Shown: positions 18,390 to 27,777 of the stretch, in pieces
Position numbering within the stretch: the first letter of the stretch is position 1
How the letters are laid out: every line of letters begins with the position of its first letter
DNA from: Clostridia bacterium
GTDB taxonomy: Bacteria; Bacillota; Clostridia; RGIG6154
DNA length: 55,410 nt
Reading direction: 5' to 3'
NCBI GenBank assembly: GCA_045589295.1
Contig: JAZNOU010000008.1
Span: forward strand, 1-55,410
Program-made: the position numbers and the translations under genes
The notes under the pieces: model-generated
The model's database searches: none
What the model saw: the letters and a program-made list of their open reading frames with translations, nothing else
Told to the model about the DNA's origin: nothing

Positions 18390-18418
18390 TTGAAAGAAGT
18401 CGAAAAATATGGTATTAT
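18390..18418 (+). promoter_or_regulatory. Fixed sigma-A promoter reading into the invertible cassette
   Basis: TTGAAA-17 bp-TATTAT with TG extension; -10 abuts the inverted repeat. Confidence 0.65.
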
Positions 18419-18459
18419 ATCAATAAAGGATAATAATAAATTATCTATCAGGGAGAAGT
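18417..18459 (+). repeat. Left 43-bp inverted repeat (contains RBS)
   Basis: atatcaataaaggataataataaattatctatcagggagaagt; exact reverse complement of 21040-21082. Confidence 0.92.
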
Positions 18460-18468
18460 AGTGAAATA

Positions 18469-19593
18469 ATGCAAATAGATAGATTAATTAATATAGACAA
18501 AATATGGGATTTACAACATGAATTTGAAAGAAACAATAGAATTAAAATACTAAATGTTTCTGATTGGAACTGTAGTCGCGAATTCAAAGACGCATTATTA
18601 GATGTATTTGATTCTCCTACATATGATAATTTTGTAGAATATATTTATTCATATTCTCTATCGAAAAGTATCATAGGACAACTCAAAAACAAATATCCAT
18701 TTTGTATAAAAAACGACAGGGAAGTTATGGTTACTCCTAACAATACCGTATCTATTGTATATATAGCAAATTTGTTGAAACAATTAAACTTAAGAGAAAT
18801 CTGTGTTATTGCACCATCATATTTTTCTATTTATAACGCATTAGATGTTTTTAATATAAATTATGACAAATTGAGCTTACACCGCCAAGGGAATCAATTC
18901 CGTATAGATTCCAACATAGAATGGAATAGATATGATGCCGTTTGGTTGACATCACCTATTTTCTGCAATGGAGTTTCTTTTAATAGTGAAATTTTAGACA
19001 CAATTGAAATGATATCAAAAGAAAAAATTATAATTACCGATGAAAGTTTTTGTCAATATGGTGAAGAACTTCCAAATAAAATAAATCTGAGAAATCATAT
19101 AGGAATATATAGTCCACATAAGGGAATTGGTTTCAATGCATTTAAGTTCTCGCTAATATCATTAAACAAAGAATTTATGGATATATTAGAGCAATGGTCA
19201 GATGTATTGTGCGGAAGTTTAAACACTGTTAATTACGATGCTATTCAGCATTTTCTTTCGACGAATTTCAATGTGTGTCAAAAAGCATACGCACAGTTCA
19301 TTAATACCTCAAGGGGAAATATTTGTAAGTTAATTGAACACAATAAAAACTTGTCCTATGACATTAATTCTACCGGAAATATGATGATGGTATATGCAAG
19401 CAAATATAAAAATTCAGACCTCTGTAATGATGGGTTTTATAAAGAAATTATGTTAAATACAAGAGGTTGCATTTTCCCGGGGTATTTACATGACTATGAT
19501 GACAGTTTCGGTTTTTGTTTTAGGGTAAATCTATCCCTATATAATGAGCATTTCCACAATATATTTCAAAATATTTGTAACTATATGAAATGA
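18469..19593 (+). CDS. PLP-dependent aminotransferase class I/II-like protein (divergent)
   Basis: APSYF, WLTSP, ITDESF (PLP Asp), YSPHK (Schiff-base Lys), FRVNL (Arg). Confidence 0.7.
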   Translation: MQIDRLINIDKIWDLQHEFERNNRIKILNVSDWNCSREFKDALLDVFDSPTYDNFVEYIYSYSLSKSIIGQLKNKYPFCIKNDREVMVTPNNTVSIVYIANLLKQLNLREICVIAPSYFSIYNALDVFNINYDKLSLHRQGNQFRIDSNIEWNRYDAVWLTSPIFCNGVSFNSEILDTIEMISKEKIIITDESFCQYGEELPNKINLRNHIGIYSPHKGIGFNAFKFSLISLNKEFMDILEQWSDVLCGSLNTVNYDAIQHFLSTNFNVCQKAYAQFINTSRGNICKLIEHNKNLSYDINSTGNMMMVYASKYKNSDLCNDGFYKEIMLNTRGCIFPGYLHDYDDSFGFCFRVNLSLYNEHFHNIFQNICNYMK

Positions 19594-19595
19594 GC

Positions 19596-21032
19596 TTATC
19601 TCATAATTTTTATTTCTTTAATGTTAGAATTATTATATCCCATAAACTCATTAGAAATTGAAAAATTACAAGTGCCCACAGTGTTCAAAATATTCCCTAA
19701 ATTTTGAACACTGTTGAAATTATTTAAAGATATCTGTAAAGTATCAATATTGATAGTGGATTGGCTCTTACACTCTAATTCATTTTGTTTTTTCTCTTTC
19801 CTTTTTTCCTTTATGATATCATATACTATTGGCACACTTACATTTAAGAAACCTAACAACAACTCAAACAATATAATAGCGTTGCCGTCACATTGTACCC
19901 ATTGTAAAAAACTTCCCGACTGAGTTTGCAATATTTTAGGTTCTATTACATATTCAGGATGTAAAGTTTTTAAAATTTTTACAATGCTGATCTGCGGTTC
20001 GGCTTCATATTTTATAAAAAGGGTATAGTCCTTTTCTTTATCAATATTTATTTTACTTGTTCTTTTTGCAATAAAATCTTGTTGACAAAAGAAGAGAGTA
20101 TTATTTAAATTTTTCAGTTGTTTCTTATTTTGTTCAAAATCTGATTCTATTAAATTTATTTCATTGTGTAATAGTAAACTTGCCTCAAAAATCATACAAG
20201 GAGAAATCAAATTTTTATTATAGTATTCTTCTATTATATATTTAATGAATTTTACATCATCAGAACTTATGGTAATATTTTTCCTTTGACATAAAATGAA
20301 TGCTTTAATGCAAGCAAAAATAAGATTGTCAACATTGCTTTCAAAATATAAGTTTAATTTTAGAATTGCTAAATTAACAAACTTCATTCTTGTCTCATAT
20401 TCTTGAATAAGATCTGTAATCAATTCATCAAAAGAGTCGTTCCAAATTTCTTTATTTTTTAAGTAAGATATATTATCTAACTCTGAATTTAATAACCCCA
20501 ATATATATCCCATCAAGTATTGGTCAACTCTACATGCAGTTAGAGAACAATTATTAAATATCGAATAATAAAAACTTCCACATATACCAGAATCTATAAA
20601 AGTACAAGTGTCAAATATGTTAAGATACGCTGAAGAGTCACTAAAGTCAACAATTTCAAATCTACAATTATTAAATGTATTTTCTTGAAAGAATGTTCCG
20701 GAAATATTACAATTATAAAAGGTGCAATCAGAAAACGTTGAATCAGATATAATAGAATCGTCAAATACTATATTTTCGAATCTAACATTTCTAAACCAAG
20801 TTGACTTTAGCTCAGCATATTTAAAATTCGAGTTAATTAGATGACAGTCTTCTACTTTGGCACCAGTCCATTCGGAAAGTTGGAAATTACAATCATCTAT
20901 AGATTTACTATTGATATTTGTTCCGTTTAACAATGAACGTTCCAAATTTGTACTGACTATAGTCTCATTGATTGTTTTATAACTTAGATTCATATGCTCA
21001 TGTAATTGATTTAATGTAATTATTTCATTCAC
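19596..21032 (-). CDS. Pentapeptide-repeat protein with unknown C-terminal domain (GTG start 21032 or 21041)
   Basis: N-terminal ~170 aa of xxFxx pentapeptides (CNFQL, SNFKY, STFSD, CTFYN, NTFNN). Confidence 0.8.
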   Translation of the reverse strand: MNEIITLNQLHEHMNLSYKTINETIVSTNLERSLLNGTNINSKSIDDCNFQLSEWTGAKVEDCHLINSNFKYAELKSTWFRNVRFENIVFDDSIISDSTFSDCTFYNCNISGTFFQENTFNNCRFEIVDFSDSSAYLNIFDTCTFIDSGICGSFYYSIFNNCSLTACRVDQYLMGYILGLLNSELDNISYLKNKEIWNDSFDELITDLIQEYETRMKFVNLAILKLNLYFESNVDNLIFACIKAFILCQRKNITISSDDVKFIKYIIEEYYNKNLISPCMIFEASLLLHNEINLIESDFEQNKKQLKNLNNTLFFCQQDFIAKRTSKINIDKEKDYTLFIKYEAEPQISIVKILKTLHPEYVIEPKILQTQSGSFLQWVQCDGNAIILFELLLGFLNVSVPIVYDIIKEKRKEKKQNELECKSQSTINIDTLQISLNNFNSVQNLGNILNTVGTCNFSISNEFMGYNNSNIKEIKIMR

Positions 21033-21039
21033 AGTATTC

Positions 21040-21082
21040 ACTTCTCCCTGATAGATAATTTATTATTATCCTTTATTGATAT
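21040..21082 (-). repeat. Right 43-bp inverted repeat, overlapping recombinase stop codon
   Basis: Exact reverse complement of 18417-18459. Confidence 0.92.
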
Positions 21083-21989
21083 TAAGTTTTCGACGAGGGT
21101 GTTTACGCTTTAATATCTGTTTTTGTTTTGCGGTAGAAACATGGGTATATATCTCTGTTGTGGTTATTGAACTATGTCCTAAAATTTGCTGTATATAGCG
21201 GATATCCACATCCGACTCAAGAAGCATTGTGGCGAAGGTATGTCTAAACATATGCGGTGTCACATGCACTGTAGATGAAATTTGATTTACATATTTGTTT
21301 ATCATAAAACGAACTGATTGATCGGAAAGACGATTTGAAAGTCTGTTTACAAAAAAATATCCTGTATCATCAATTTCAGCCTTAAAGCGTTTTTTGTATT
21401 GCTTTAAGGCTGTTAGTACATCAGGAGTGCAAATCTGGATTATTCTTTCCTTTGAGCCTTTTCCAAATGTTTTTATATAACTATCCGAAAGATTAACATC
21501 TTCTATTTTTAAATTACAAAGTTCCGACACACGAAGTCCTGTTGCAAACAGCAGCTCTAATACGGCTATATCCCTGATAATACACTTTTCAGAGTATGGT
21601 GTTTTACATTCTTCTAAAGATAAATAGGCCTTATTTAAAATTTTTGTAAGTATCTTTTCAGGAATAGTCTTGGGTAATATAACCGGCTCTTTAATTTTAA
21701 AATGAATTTTACCGAACGGGTTATCATCAATTAGTTCTTCGTAGGTAAGATATTCGAAAAATGCTTTTAGTGAAGCAAGTTTTCGTTTAATGGATTTTGG
21801 CTTGTATTTTGAATGTAAACTTTCGAGATAATTACATATTAACTCTTTGTTAGAACAATTTTGCTGATTTCTTGTAAACCTTTCAAATTGTTTTAGGTCT
21901 ATACTATATGCTTTTACTGTTTTAGGGTTAAGACCTTTTTGCAACTCACAATAAAATAAGTAATTTTTTATTAAACTTTGTATTTGCAT
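21066..21989 (-). CDS. Tyrosine recombinase (XerC/D-like), probable invertase for 18417-21082
   Basis: TGLRVSEL, GKGSKER, HMFRH, LGHS..TTEIY; GGGAG RBS before ATG 21989. Confidence 0.92.
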   Translation of the reverse strand: MQIQSLIKNYLFYCELQKGLNPKTVKAYSIDLKQFERFTRNQQNCSNKELICNYLESLHSKYKPKSIKRKLASLKAFFEYLTYEELIDDNPFGKIHFKIKEPVILPKTIPEKILTKILNKAYLSLEECKTPYSEKCIIRDIAVLELLFATGLRVSELCNLKIEDVNLSDSYIKTFGKGSKERIIQICTPDVLTALKQYKKRFKAEIDDTGYFFVNRLSNRLSDQSVRFMINKYVNQISSTVHVTPHMFRHTFATMLLESDVDIRYIQQILGHSSITTTEIYTHVSTAKQKQILKRKHPRRKLNINKG

Positions 21990-22020
21990 AAAATAACTCC
22001 CTTTGTATTTAAATTTAATC

Positions 22021-22067
22021 AAAATGACGGTATATTCGAGTCCTTTGCCCGAATATACCGTCATTTT
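22021..22067 (-). terminator. Terminator hairpin after DUF6076-like gene
   Basis: aaaatgacggtatattcg...cgaatataccgtcatttt. Confidence 0.7.
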
Positions 22068-22086
22068 TAGTTCAATAATATTTATC

Positions 22087-23172
22087 TTATATTTCTCTCA
22101 GTAGCCTAATTGCTTCATCAAGTGAAATTTCTCCGGACTCACCACGCTCTTTAATATCCATAGCTAATGTAATCTTTTCAAGCCACTCAGGATACTCCAA
22201 TCCATTTGATTTCCGCTTGGCTAATCGGTCATAGGCTCTGTCATATTCTTTTTTTAGAGGAGACCTAAATTCATCTGAGTTTTCTTTTTTGTGAGGTCCT
22301 ACCTTGCTGCATATCCTGCCTTTTGGATCGTTAGGAGCCACTCTGTTGCAATAGTGAGTATCATGACCGGTTGGCAAAAGAAAAAATCGTTTGCAATTAT
22401 GACATCGTTTAGGTGAATGCTTAACATTTAATCCTCTAAATAAGTCTGAGTTTAGAAAGCCGCCAAGAGACCTGAAAATCACTCTTTCTGCCAATATATA
22501 ATTTTCTTTGCAATCAGGGTCGGGACAGGTGACATATTCAATATTTGCTGGCATTTCTGCTTTAAATGTAATTGCAGGATATTTTGGGATAAGAGATTCA
22601 AGTTTTTGCTGTAATTCGCTATTATTCAGAAACTGATATATTGCGTGTGCAAAATGCGTAGGAGTTCTTGCCGAAACATTTTCTATATATAAATCAACAA
22701 ATGCAGTGGCATATATTTTAAAAATCAATATTTCATCATTGATTGATAACAAGCCCACTAAAATTCTGTTTAATATGCTTCTGCTCTCGCTTTTAGGATA
22801 AGTTTCATATATTCCCTTGAACTCTGATATATATCTTTTTTTATCAAATTCAAAGCGGTCATACAAAGGCAGGCTAAGAATAACATCTAATGCTTTGTTT
22901 AGGTACGGAGCAAAGTCATTAAAACTGCATGATGATATAATCATTAAATTTGATTCATATTCCCCATAAAGTTTTTCTAGAAATGCTTTCCTTAAATCTG
23001 ATAATACTGTTTTCAAATTATCAAGCTGTTCGTCTGATAATTCCAAAATTTCAGTTGAAATCTGACCAAGCGAGACTTTTTCTTTTCCGATAATAACATA
23101 ATCTTTATAAAATTGTGCTGTTATATATCCAAAATCAAATGGTTTTTCATCTAAACTTTTTATACTTGCCAT
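22087..23172 (-). CDS. DUF6076-like protein with C-terminal Cys cluster (probable Zn-binding regulator)
   Basis: RCHNCKRFF......YCNR.AP......CSKVG motif common in Clostridial elements. Confidence 0.65.
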   Translation of the reverse strand: MASIKSLDEKPFDFGYITAQFYKDYVIIGKEKVSLGQISTEILELSDEQLDNLKTVLSDLRKAFLEKLYGEYESNLMIISSCSFNDFAPYLNKALDVILSLPLYDRFEFDKKRYISEFKGIYETYPKSESRSILNRILVGLLSINDEILIFKIYATAFVDLYIENVSARTPTHFAHAIYQFLNNSELQQKLESLIPKYPAITFKAEMPANIEYVTCPDPDCKENYILAERVIFRSLGGFLNSDLFRGLNVKHSPKRCHNCKRFFLLPTGHDTHYCNRVAPNDPKGRICSKVGPHKKENSDEFRSPLKKEYDRAYDRLAKRKSNGLEYPEWLEKITLAMDIKERGESGEISLDEAIRLLREI

Positions 23173-23235
23173 ATACTCACTTCCACGATACATAATTTAT
23201 ATTTCCACTACTTTTGTAAATGACGGCAAAATCGG

Positions 23236-23264
23236 TTGACGCACTTCTTGCAATATGTTAGAAT
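23236..23264 (+). promoter_or_regulatory. Sigma-A promoter toward tnpW-like/serine recombinase genes
   Basis: TTGACG-17 bp-TAGAAT with TG extension. Confidence 0.6.
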
Positions 23265-23277
23265 AGCCACACAACAA

Positions 23278-23306
23278 ATTATACACGATGTAAATAAAAA
23301 TGTCAA
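23278..23306 (-). promoter_or_regulatory. Consensus sigma-A promoter for DUF6076-like gene
   Basis: Minus strand TTGACA-17 bp-TATAAT. Confidence 0.75.
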
Positions 23307-23696
23307 TCGTGGAATTTGAGCCTTGAAAATTTAATAGCTTGCACGGTGAGTTATACAACACAGTGAGCGCCAAGACTTCGTCGGAACAAGCAAATATTTA
23401 TTCGTTTCCGCATAAATGCGAAAACTCATTTATATAGCTGTTCCTCCTCTTCCCAAAAATCAAATTGCTTTTCGGGAACCCTATATGACGGACGAGCGAT
23501 TTAACTGTTTGCAAATACGAGGTTATGGTCGAGCAGGACCGAGGCTTAGGAAATGTAATCGGAGGCAAGTGCAAAGTTTGGTGAATACACGCTTATTGCC
23601 TATATTTTAAAAGGCGGTCAAAAATCTATAGAAAGGAAATTCATTAAGGCAATAAAAGTATTTAATATTAATCATTAATCCGAAAGGAGAATTTTT

Positions 23697-23969
23697 ATGA
23701 ATAAGAAAGAAATACCTATGGACTTTAATGAAGACTTTGCTATAGATATAGACGGAGAATATAATCCCGAACTTGCCACATCAGTTAGACGGAGATATTC
23801 ATATAGTATCACAGATAACGAAATGGTAAAAACGAGGAAAACTCATATCGGTAATATGAATTATATTGTAAATTCAATCTTTGATATGAACACAAAGAAA
23901 AATGTTGAGGATCACATACGAAGATTGATAACAATAGATATTCAGGATAATATAGACAAAGTCTCCTAA
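23697..23969 (+). CDS. Transposon-encoded TnpW-like protein
   Basis: AAAGGAG RBS; IGNMNYIVNSIF...VEDHIRRLI motif; position directly before a serine recombinase. Confidence 0.65.
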   Translation: MNKKEIPMDFNEDFAIDIDGEYNPELATSVRRRYSYSITDNEMVKTRKTHIGNMNYIVNSIFDMNTKKNVEDHIRRLITIDIQDNIDKVS

Positions 23970-24067
23970 AAGTCTGGACTTTTCAATCGGTTTAGGGTAT
24001 TGTGTGGTTGTGAAATTTCTACTCACAATACTCTCAATCGGTTTGACTTTGAAGGAGGTTAAGAATA

Positions 24068-25705
24068 ATGTCAAACCAAGATTATGATTTAACACTGTTA
24101 TATTGCAGATTATCACGAGAGGATGTCCTTGAAGGCGACAGCAACAGTATTGAGAATCAGAAGAAAATAATCTTAAAAGCTGCTCAGGACTATAACTTTG
24201 ATAATTTAGTATGGCTGATTGATGATGGCTTCACAGGAACAAACTTCGACCGACCTGATTTTCAGAAAGGGATGAAGTTAATAGAAGAAGGTCGAGTTAA
24301 GAATTTTATTACAAAGGATTTATCAAGACTCGGCAGAAACTATCTTCAAGTAGGAATGTACACAGATGTCATCTTCCCCAAATACAATGTTCGATTTATT
24401 GCCGTGCAAGACAATTATGATTCCAATAATGTTGAGAGCAATGATATGGCTCCGATTATGAATCTGTTTAACGAATGGCACCCAAAGGAAACATCAAAGA
24501 AGGTTCGTGCAGTTTTCAAAGCGAAAGCAGAGCGTGGTGAACGAGTAAGCTCACAGATACCTTATGGTTATGCAAGAGATGAAAGCACACCCATAGGGTC
24601 CAAGAAATCTATCAAGCTCGTAATTAATGAGGAAACAGCACCCGTTGTAAGAGAAATCTACAGATTATGTGCAAGCGGACTTGGTCCGACATATATTGCC
24701 CATATCCTAAAAGAAAGAAAAATTCTCAAGCCGTCGATGTATAGCTATGAGAAAACCGGTAAGTATGGTGCTGCTACCGATGTAACCGATCCATACGGAT
24801 GGAATGACAGAACAGTTGCAGGAATTCTTGATAACGAGGTTTATATAGGAAATACAATAAATCTCAAAGAAACAACAGTTTCATATAAGAACAAGCACAA
24901 AATACAAAGACCTGAAGAAGAATGGATTCGTGCAGAAGGAACTCATGAAGCTATTATTGATGTGGATACTTGGGAAATCGTTCGCAGGGTTAGAGCAGGA
25001 AAACGCAGAAGAGATTCTATGGATGGAATTAATAAGTACAGCGGTCTTCTGCATTGTGCAGATTGCGAACAAAAGCTTTACTTTGTCAGAGGCAAAACAC
25101 TAAAACCATCAGCGTTTCATTTCATATGCAGCAGGTACAGAAAACACAAAGGCGAAGAACAATGCACACCTCATTCTATAAGGGAATCAGTTCTGGACGA
25201 AATCATTCTTGAAGAAATCAGAAGAATTACATACTATGCCAGAACAAAGACTAAAGAGTTCGCAGAATTCATAAATCAAAAAACCTCTGCCGAAAGCCGG
25301 AAAGAATTATCGGCAAAATCAGCAGAACTTGGAAGACTCAAAAAACGAAAGAATGAGTTGGAATCTTTGTTCAAACGACTGTATGAAGATAACGTGTTGG
25401 GACGAATCACAGATGACCAATTCCATATGCTATCTAGCAGCTACACAACAGAGCAAAAGGATGTAGAATTGCGAATTCCGGAGCTGGAAGATGAAATCGA
25501 AGCGCTCAAATCTGCTGCCACAAACACGGACAAGTTCATTGCACTGGCTAAGAAGTATATTCACATCAAAGAACTTACATCAGAAGTATTATTGACCTTT
25601 GTATCCAAAATCGTTATACACGAACGAAGTGAAAAACGATCGAAAAGCGCAACACAGCAAATCGATATATATTTCACTCACATAGGGAATGCAGGTCAAA
25701 TTTAA
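24068..25705 (+). CDS. Large serine recombinase (TnpX/TndX-like integrase)
   Basis: YCRLS catalytic motif, DDGFTGTNFDRP, KDLSRLGR, Zn ribbon CADC...C...C, coiled coil; GGAGG RBS. Confidence 0.93.
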   Translation: MSNQDYDLTLLYCRLSREDVLEGDSNSIENQKKIILKAAQDYNFDNLVWLIDDGFTGTNFDRPDFQKGMKLIEEGRVKNFITKDLSRLGRNYLQVGMYTDVIFPKYNVRFIAVQDNYDSNNVESNDMAPIMNLFNEWHPKETSKKVRAVFKAKAERGERVSSQIPYGYARDESTPIGSKKSIKLVINEETAPVVREIYRLCASGLGPTYIAHILKERKILKPSMYSYEKTGKYGAATDVTDPYGWNDRTVAGILDNEVYIGNTINLKETTVSYKNKHKIQRPEEEWIRAEGTHEAIIDVDTWEIVRRVRAGKRRRDSMDGINKYSGLLHCADCEQKLYFVRGKTLKPSAFHFICSRYRKHKGEEQCTPHSIRESVLDEIILEEIRRITYYARTKTKEFAEFINQKTSAESRKELSAKSAELGRLKKRKNELESLFKRLYEDNVLGRITDDQFHMLSSSYTTEQKDVELRIPELEDEIEALKSAATNTDKFIALAKKYIHIKELTSEVLLTFVSKIVIHERSEKRSKSATQQIDIYFTHIGNAGQI

Positions 25706-25717
25706 AGCAAAGGAAAA

Positions 25718-25743
25718 GGGTGAACAGCCTAAACTGTTCACCC
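25718..25743 (+). terminator. Hairpin after serine recombinase
   Basis: gggtgaacag-cctaaa-ctgttcaccc. Confidence 0.55.
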
Positions 25744-25815
25744 AACTTCCGCACCATTACAAGTATTTCACTAAACATCCCTTAGAGAAACACCCGAATG
25801 GGAGTTGTTTTTTTA

Positions 25816-25893
<78 letters not shown>

Positions 25894-25964
25894 ATATTAA
25901 ATTTGTCGCAAAACGCTTTTATATCAAAATATCGCCAGTGCCTTGATAGGCACTAAACGATATT

Positions 25965-26041
25965 TGGCGCGCCTGAAGAGATTCGAACTCCTGGCCCATT
26001 GCTTAGAAGGCAATTGCTCTATCCAGCTGAGCTACAGGCGC
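25965..26041 (-). tRNA. tRNA-Arg (UCU)
   Basis: Cloverleaf, loop CTTCTAA, encoded CCA. Confidence 0.95.
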
Positions 26042-26044
26042 ATA

Positions 26045-26118
26045 TGGAGCGGGTGATGGGAATCGAACCCACACGACCAGCTTGGAAGGCTGGGGTTCTA
26101 CCATTGAACTACACCCGC
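26045..26118 (-). tRNA. tRNA-Gly (UCC)
   Basis: GCGGGTGTAGTTCAATGGTAGAAC..., loop CTTCCAA, encoded CCA. Confidence 0.95.
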
Positions 26119-26141
26119 AAGTAGAGCCTTGCGACTTTTAT

Positions 26142-26170
26142 ATTATAACAACATTTAATATAAATGTCAA
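26142..26170 (-). promoter_or_regulatory. tRNA operon promoter
   Basis: Minus strand TTGACA-17 bp-TATAAT. Confidence 0.85.
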
Positions 26171-26202
26171 GGCTTTTTACACATTTTTTTCAAAAGATTG
26201 TC

Positions 26203-27108
26203 TTACCTTTTTATAAACTCTTTTAAAAGCGAATTTTTGGGCACAAGTTGCTCATCAATTGTCTTGAATTGTGCAATTTTTTCATTAAGGGAACGGATAT
26301 ACTTTGTATAATTAACCTCGTTACATTCTCTTAAAAAAGCATCAAGATATGTTTTCATAACACAAGGCTCGTATGGCAAAAATGTATCAAACACACAGTC
26401 TGCACTTTCTTTGTATGGCATTATGCTGTCCTTTTCAAATCTCACAACATTTCCCCAAAGTGTCTGAGTTCTGTCTACTTTGCTACCGCGGTATAGCTGA
26501 TCTCTTACCGAACGGCGTACAAGTCTTACATCCCTCCCAGTAATTGTTTCACCATTTCCCAAATCAAAATCTGTTCCTACATATATAAAGGCTTTAAACT
26601 TTTCTTTCACTTCAAGCTTAGGCATCAAAACCTCGTTAAAAGCATGTGTGCCTTCTAAAATAATCTCTTGCCCTTGTCTTAAAGTAACAACTTTATCGTT
26701 TTTTATATTTCTATCGATTGTAAAATCAAACCTTGGAATATTTGTTGGTTCAAACCTTAAAAGCGAATAAATACATTCATTTAGAAGTTCGACATTAACT
26801 GCTGCAATGCTTTCAAAATTTTCGTAATTGCTGTCGCTCTTATCAATCTCATCTGCTCCGTAGAAAAAATCGTCAATAGAAAGCACAAGCGGCGGAACTT
26901 CAAACTTAGAAGAAAGTATGTTTGAAAAAGTGGTCTTTCCCGAAGAAGACGGACCTGTAACCAACACAACATGCGAGCCTTTTTCAATTATCTTATTGTA
27001 AATTTCATCAACCCTTTGTTTGTGGTGTTGCTCGCACAATAAAACAAGTTCCTGTTGCTGTCCAAGTGAAATATATTCATTAATTTTTGACAAACTGTTG
27101 ATTAACAT
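26203..27108 (-). CDS. Uridine/nucleoside kinase family protein
   Basis: GPSSSGKTT P-loop, LSIDDFF, IILEGTH, RLVRRSVRD. Confidence 0.8.
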   Translation of the reverse strand: MLINSLSKINEYISLGQQQELVLLCEQHHKQRVDEIYNKIIEKGSHVVLVTGPSSSGKTTFSNILSSKFEVPPLVLSIDDFFYGADEIDKSDSNYENFESIAAVNVELLNECIYSLLRFEPTNIPRFDFTIDRNIKNDKVVTLRQGQEIILEGTHAFNEVLMPKLEVKEKFKAFIYVGTDFDLGNGETITGRDVRLVRRSVRDQLYRGSKVDRTQTLWGNVVRFEKDSIMPYKESADCVFDTFLPYEPCVMKTYLDAFLRECNEVNYTKYIRSLNEKIAQFKTIDEQLVPKNSLLKEFIKR

Positions 27109-27109
27109 A

Positions 27110-27727
27110 TCATTCTCCTGTCACATATGGATTGTAGTTTTTTTCAAACCCTATATCTGTCATACTGCCGTGTCCCGGGTAGACATTTGTCTTATCGTCA
27201 AGTTTATAAAGCTTGTTTTGGATAGATGTACGTATGGTTTCAAAACTTCCACCCTCCAAATCACATCTGCCTATGGACTCGCGAAACAAAGTATCTCCTG
27301 AAAAAAGATTATCTTCTAACAAAAAGCAGCAACTACCCGGAGTATGTCCCGGCGTGTGAATGGTTTCAAATATCATATCGCTGACTTTAAGTTTTTCGCC
27401 ATGGCCAAACCATTCATCAACCTTTACCGCTTCACCGTCACCGCCAAACACATATATTTTCGACGGATTGGTTAATATTCCTTTTTCATATATATTCGCA
27501 TATACCTTTATATTATACTCACTTTTTAATCTGTTTACTTCACCTACATGGTCAAAATGTCCGTGTGTAAGGAAAATTGCCTGAGGTTTCAGACCATTTT
27601 GCATAACAAATAAAGAAATTTTGTTTTTGTCTGCACCCGGATCAATTATAACTGCGTTTTTTCCTTCATCATACACAACGTAGCAATTTTGGGCATACGG
27701 CTGGGTTACTATTAGTTTTATTCTCAT
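27110..27727 (-). CDS. MBL-fold metallo-hydrolase (glyoxalase II-like)
   Basis: THGHFDH, HTPGHT, SGDTLF, PGHG. Confidence 0.9.
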   Translation of the reverse strand: MRIKLIVTQPYAQNCYVVYDEGKNAVIIDPGADKNKISLFVMQNGLKPQAIFLTHGHFDHVGEVNRLKSEYNIKVYANIYEKGILTNPSKIYVFGGDGEAVKVDEWFGHGEKLKVSDMIFETIHTPGHTPGSCCFLLEDNLFSGDTLFRESIGRCDLEGGSFETIRTSIQNKLYKLDDKTNVYPGHGSMTDIGFEKNYNPYVTGE

Positions 27728-27748
27728 AAGGTTCTCCTCAATTCAAAA

Positions 27749-27770
27749 TGCGACCTCAAAAGAGGTCGCA
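27749..27770 (-). terminator. Hairpin after clpX
   Basis: tgcgacctc-aaaa-gaggtcgca. Confidence 0.6.
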
Positions 27771-27777
27771 AACAAAT

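Larger units (their letters stand above)
1..25780. mobile_element. Right portion of an integrative element (serine-recombinase ICE/IME-type genomic island); left end lies outside the window
   Basis: Only accessory genes (Bro-N, two tyrosine recombinases, NRPS, DUF6809-, DUF6076- and TnpW-like) until a terminal large serine recombinase at 24068-25705. tRNAs and housekeeping genes start immediately after. The right boundary is approximate. Confidence 0.75.

Noticed and set aside
23416-23610. 64-aa ORF in the tnpW leader
   Set aside because: No RBS and no recognisable protein features.
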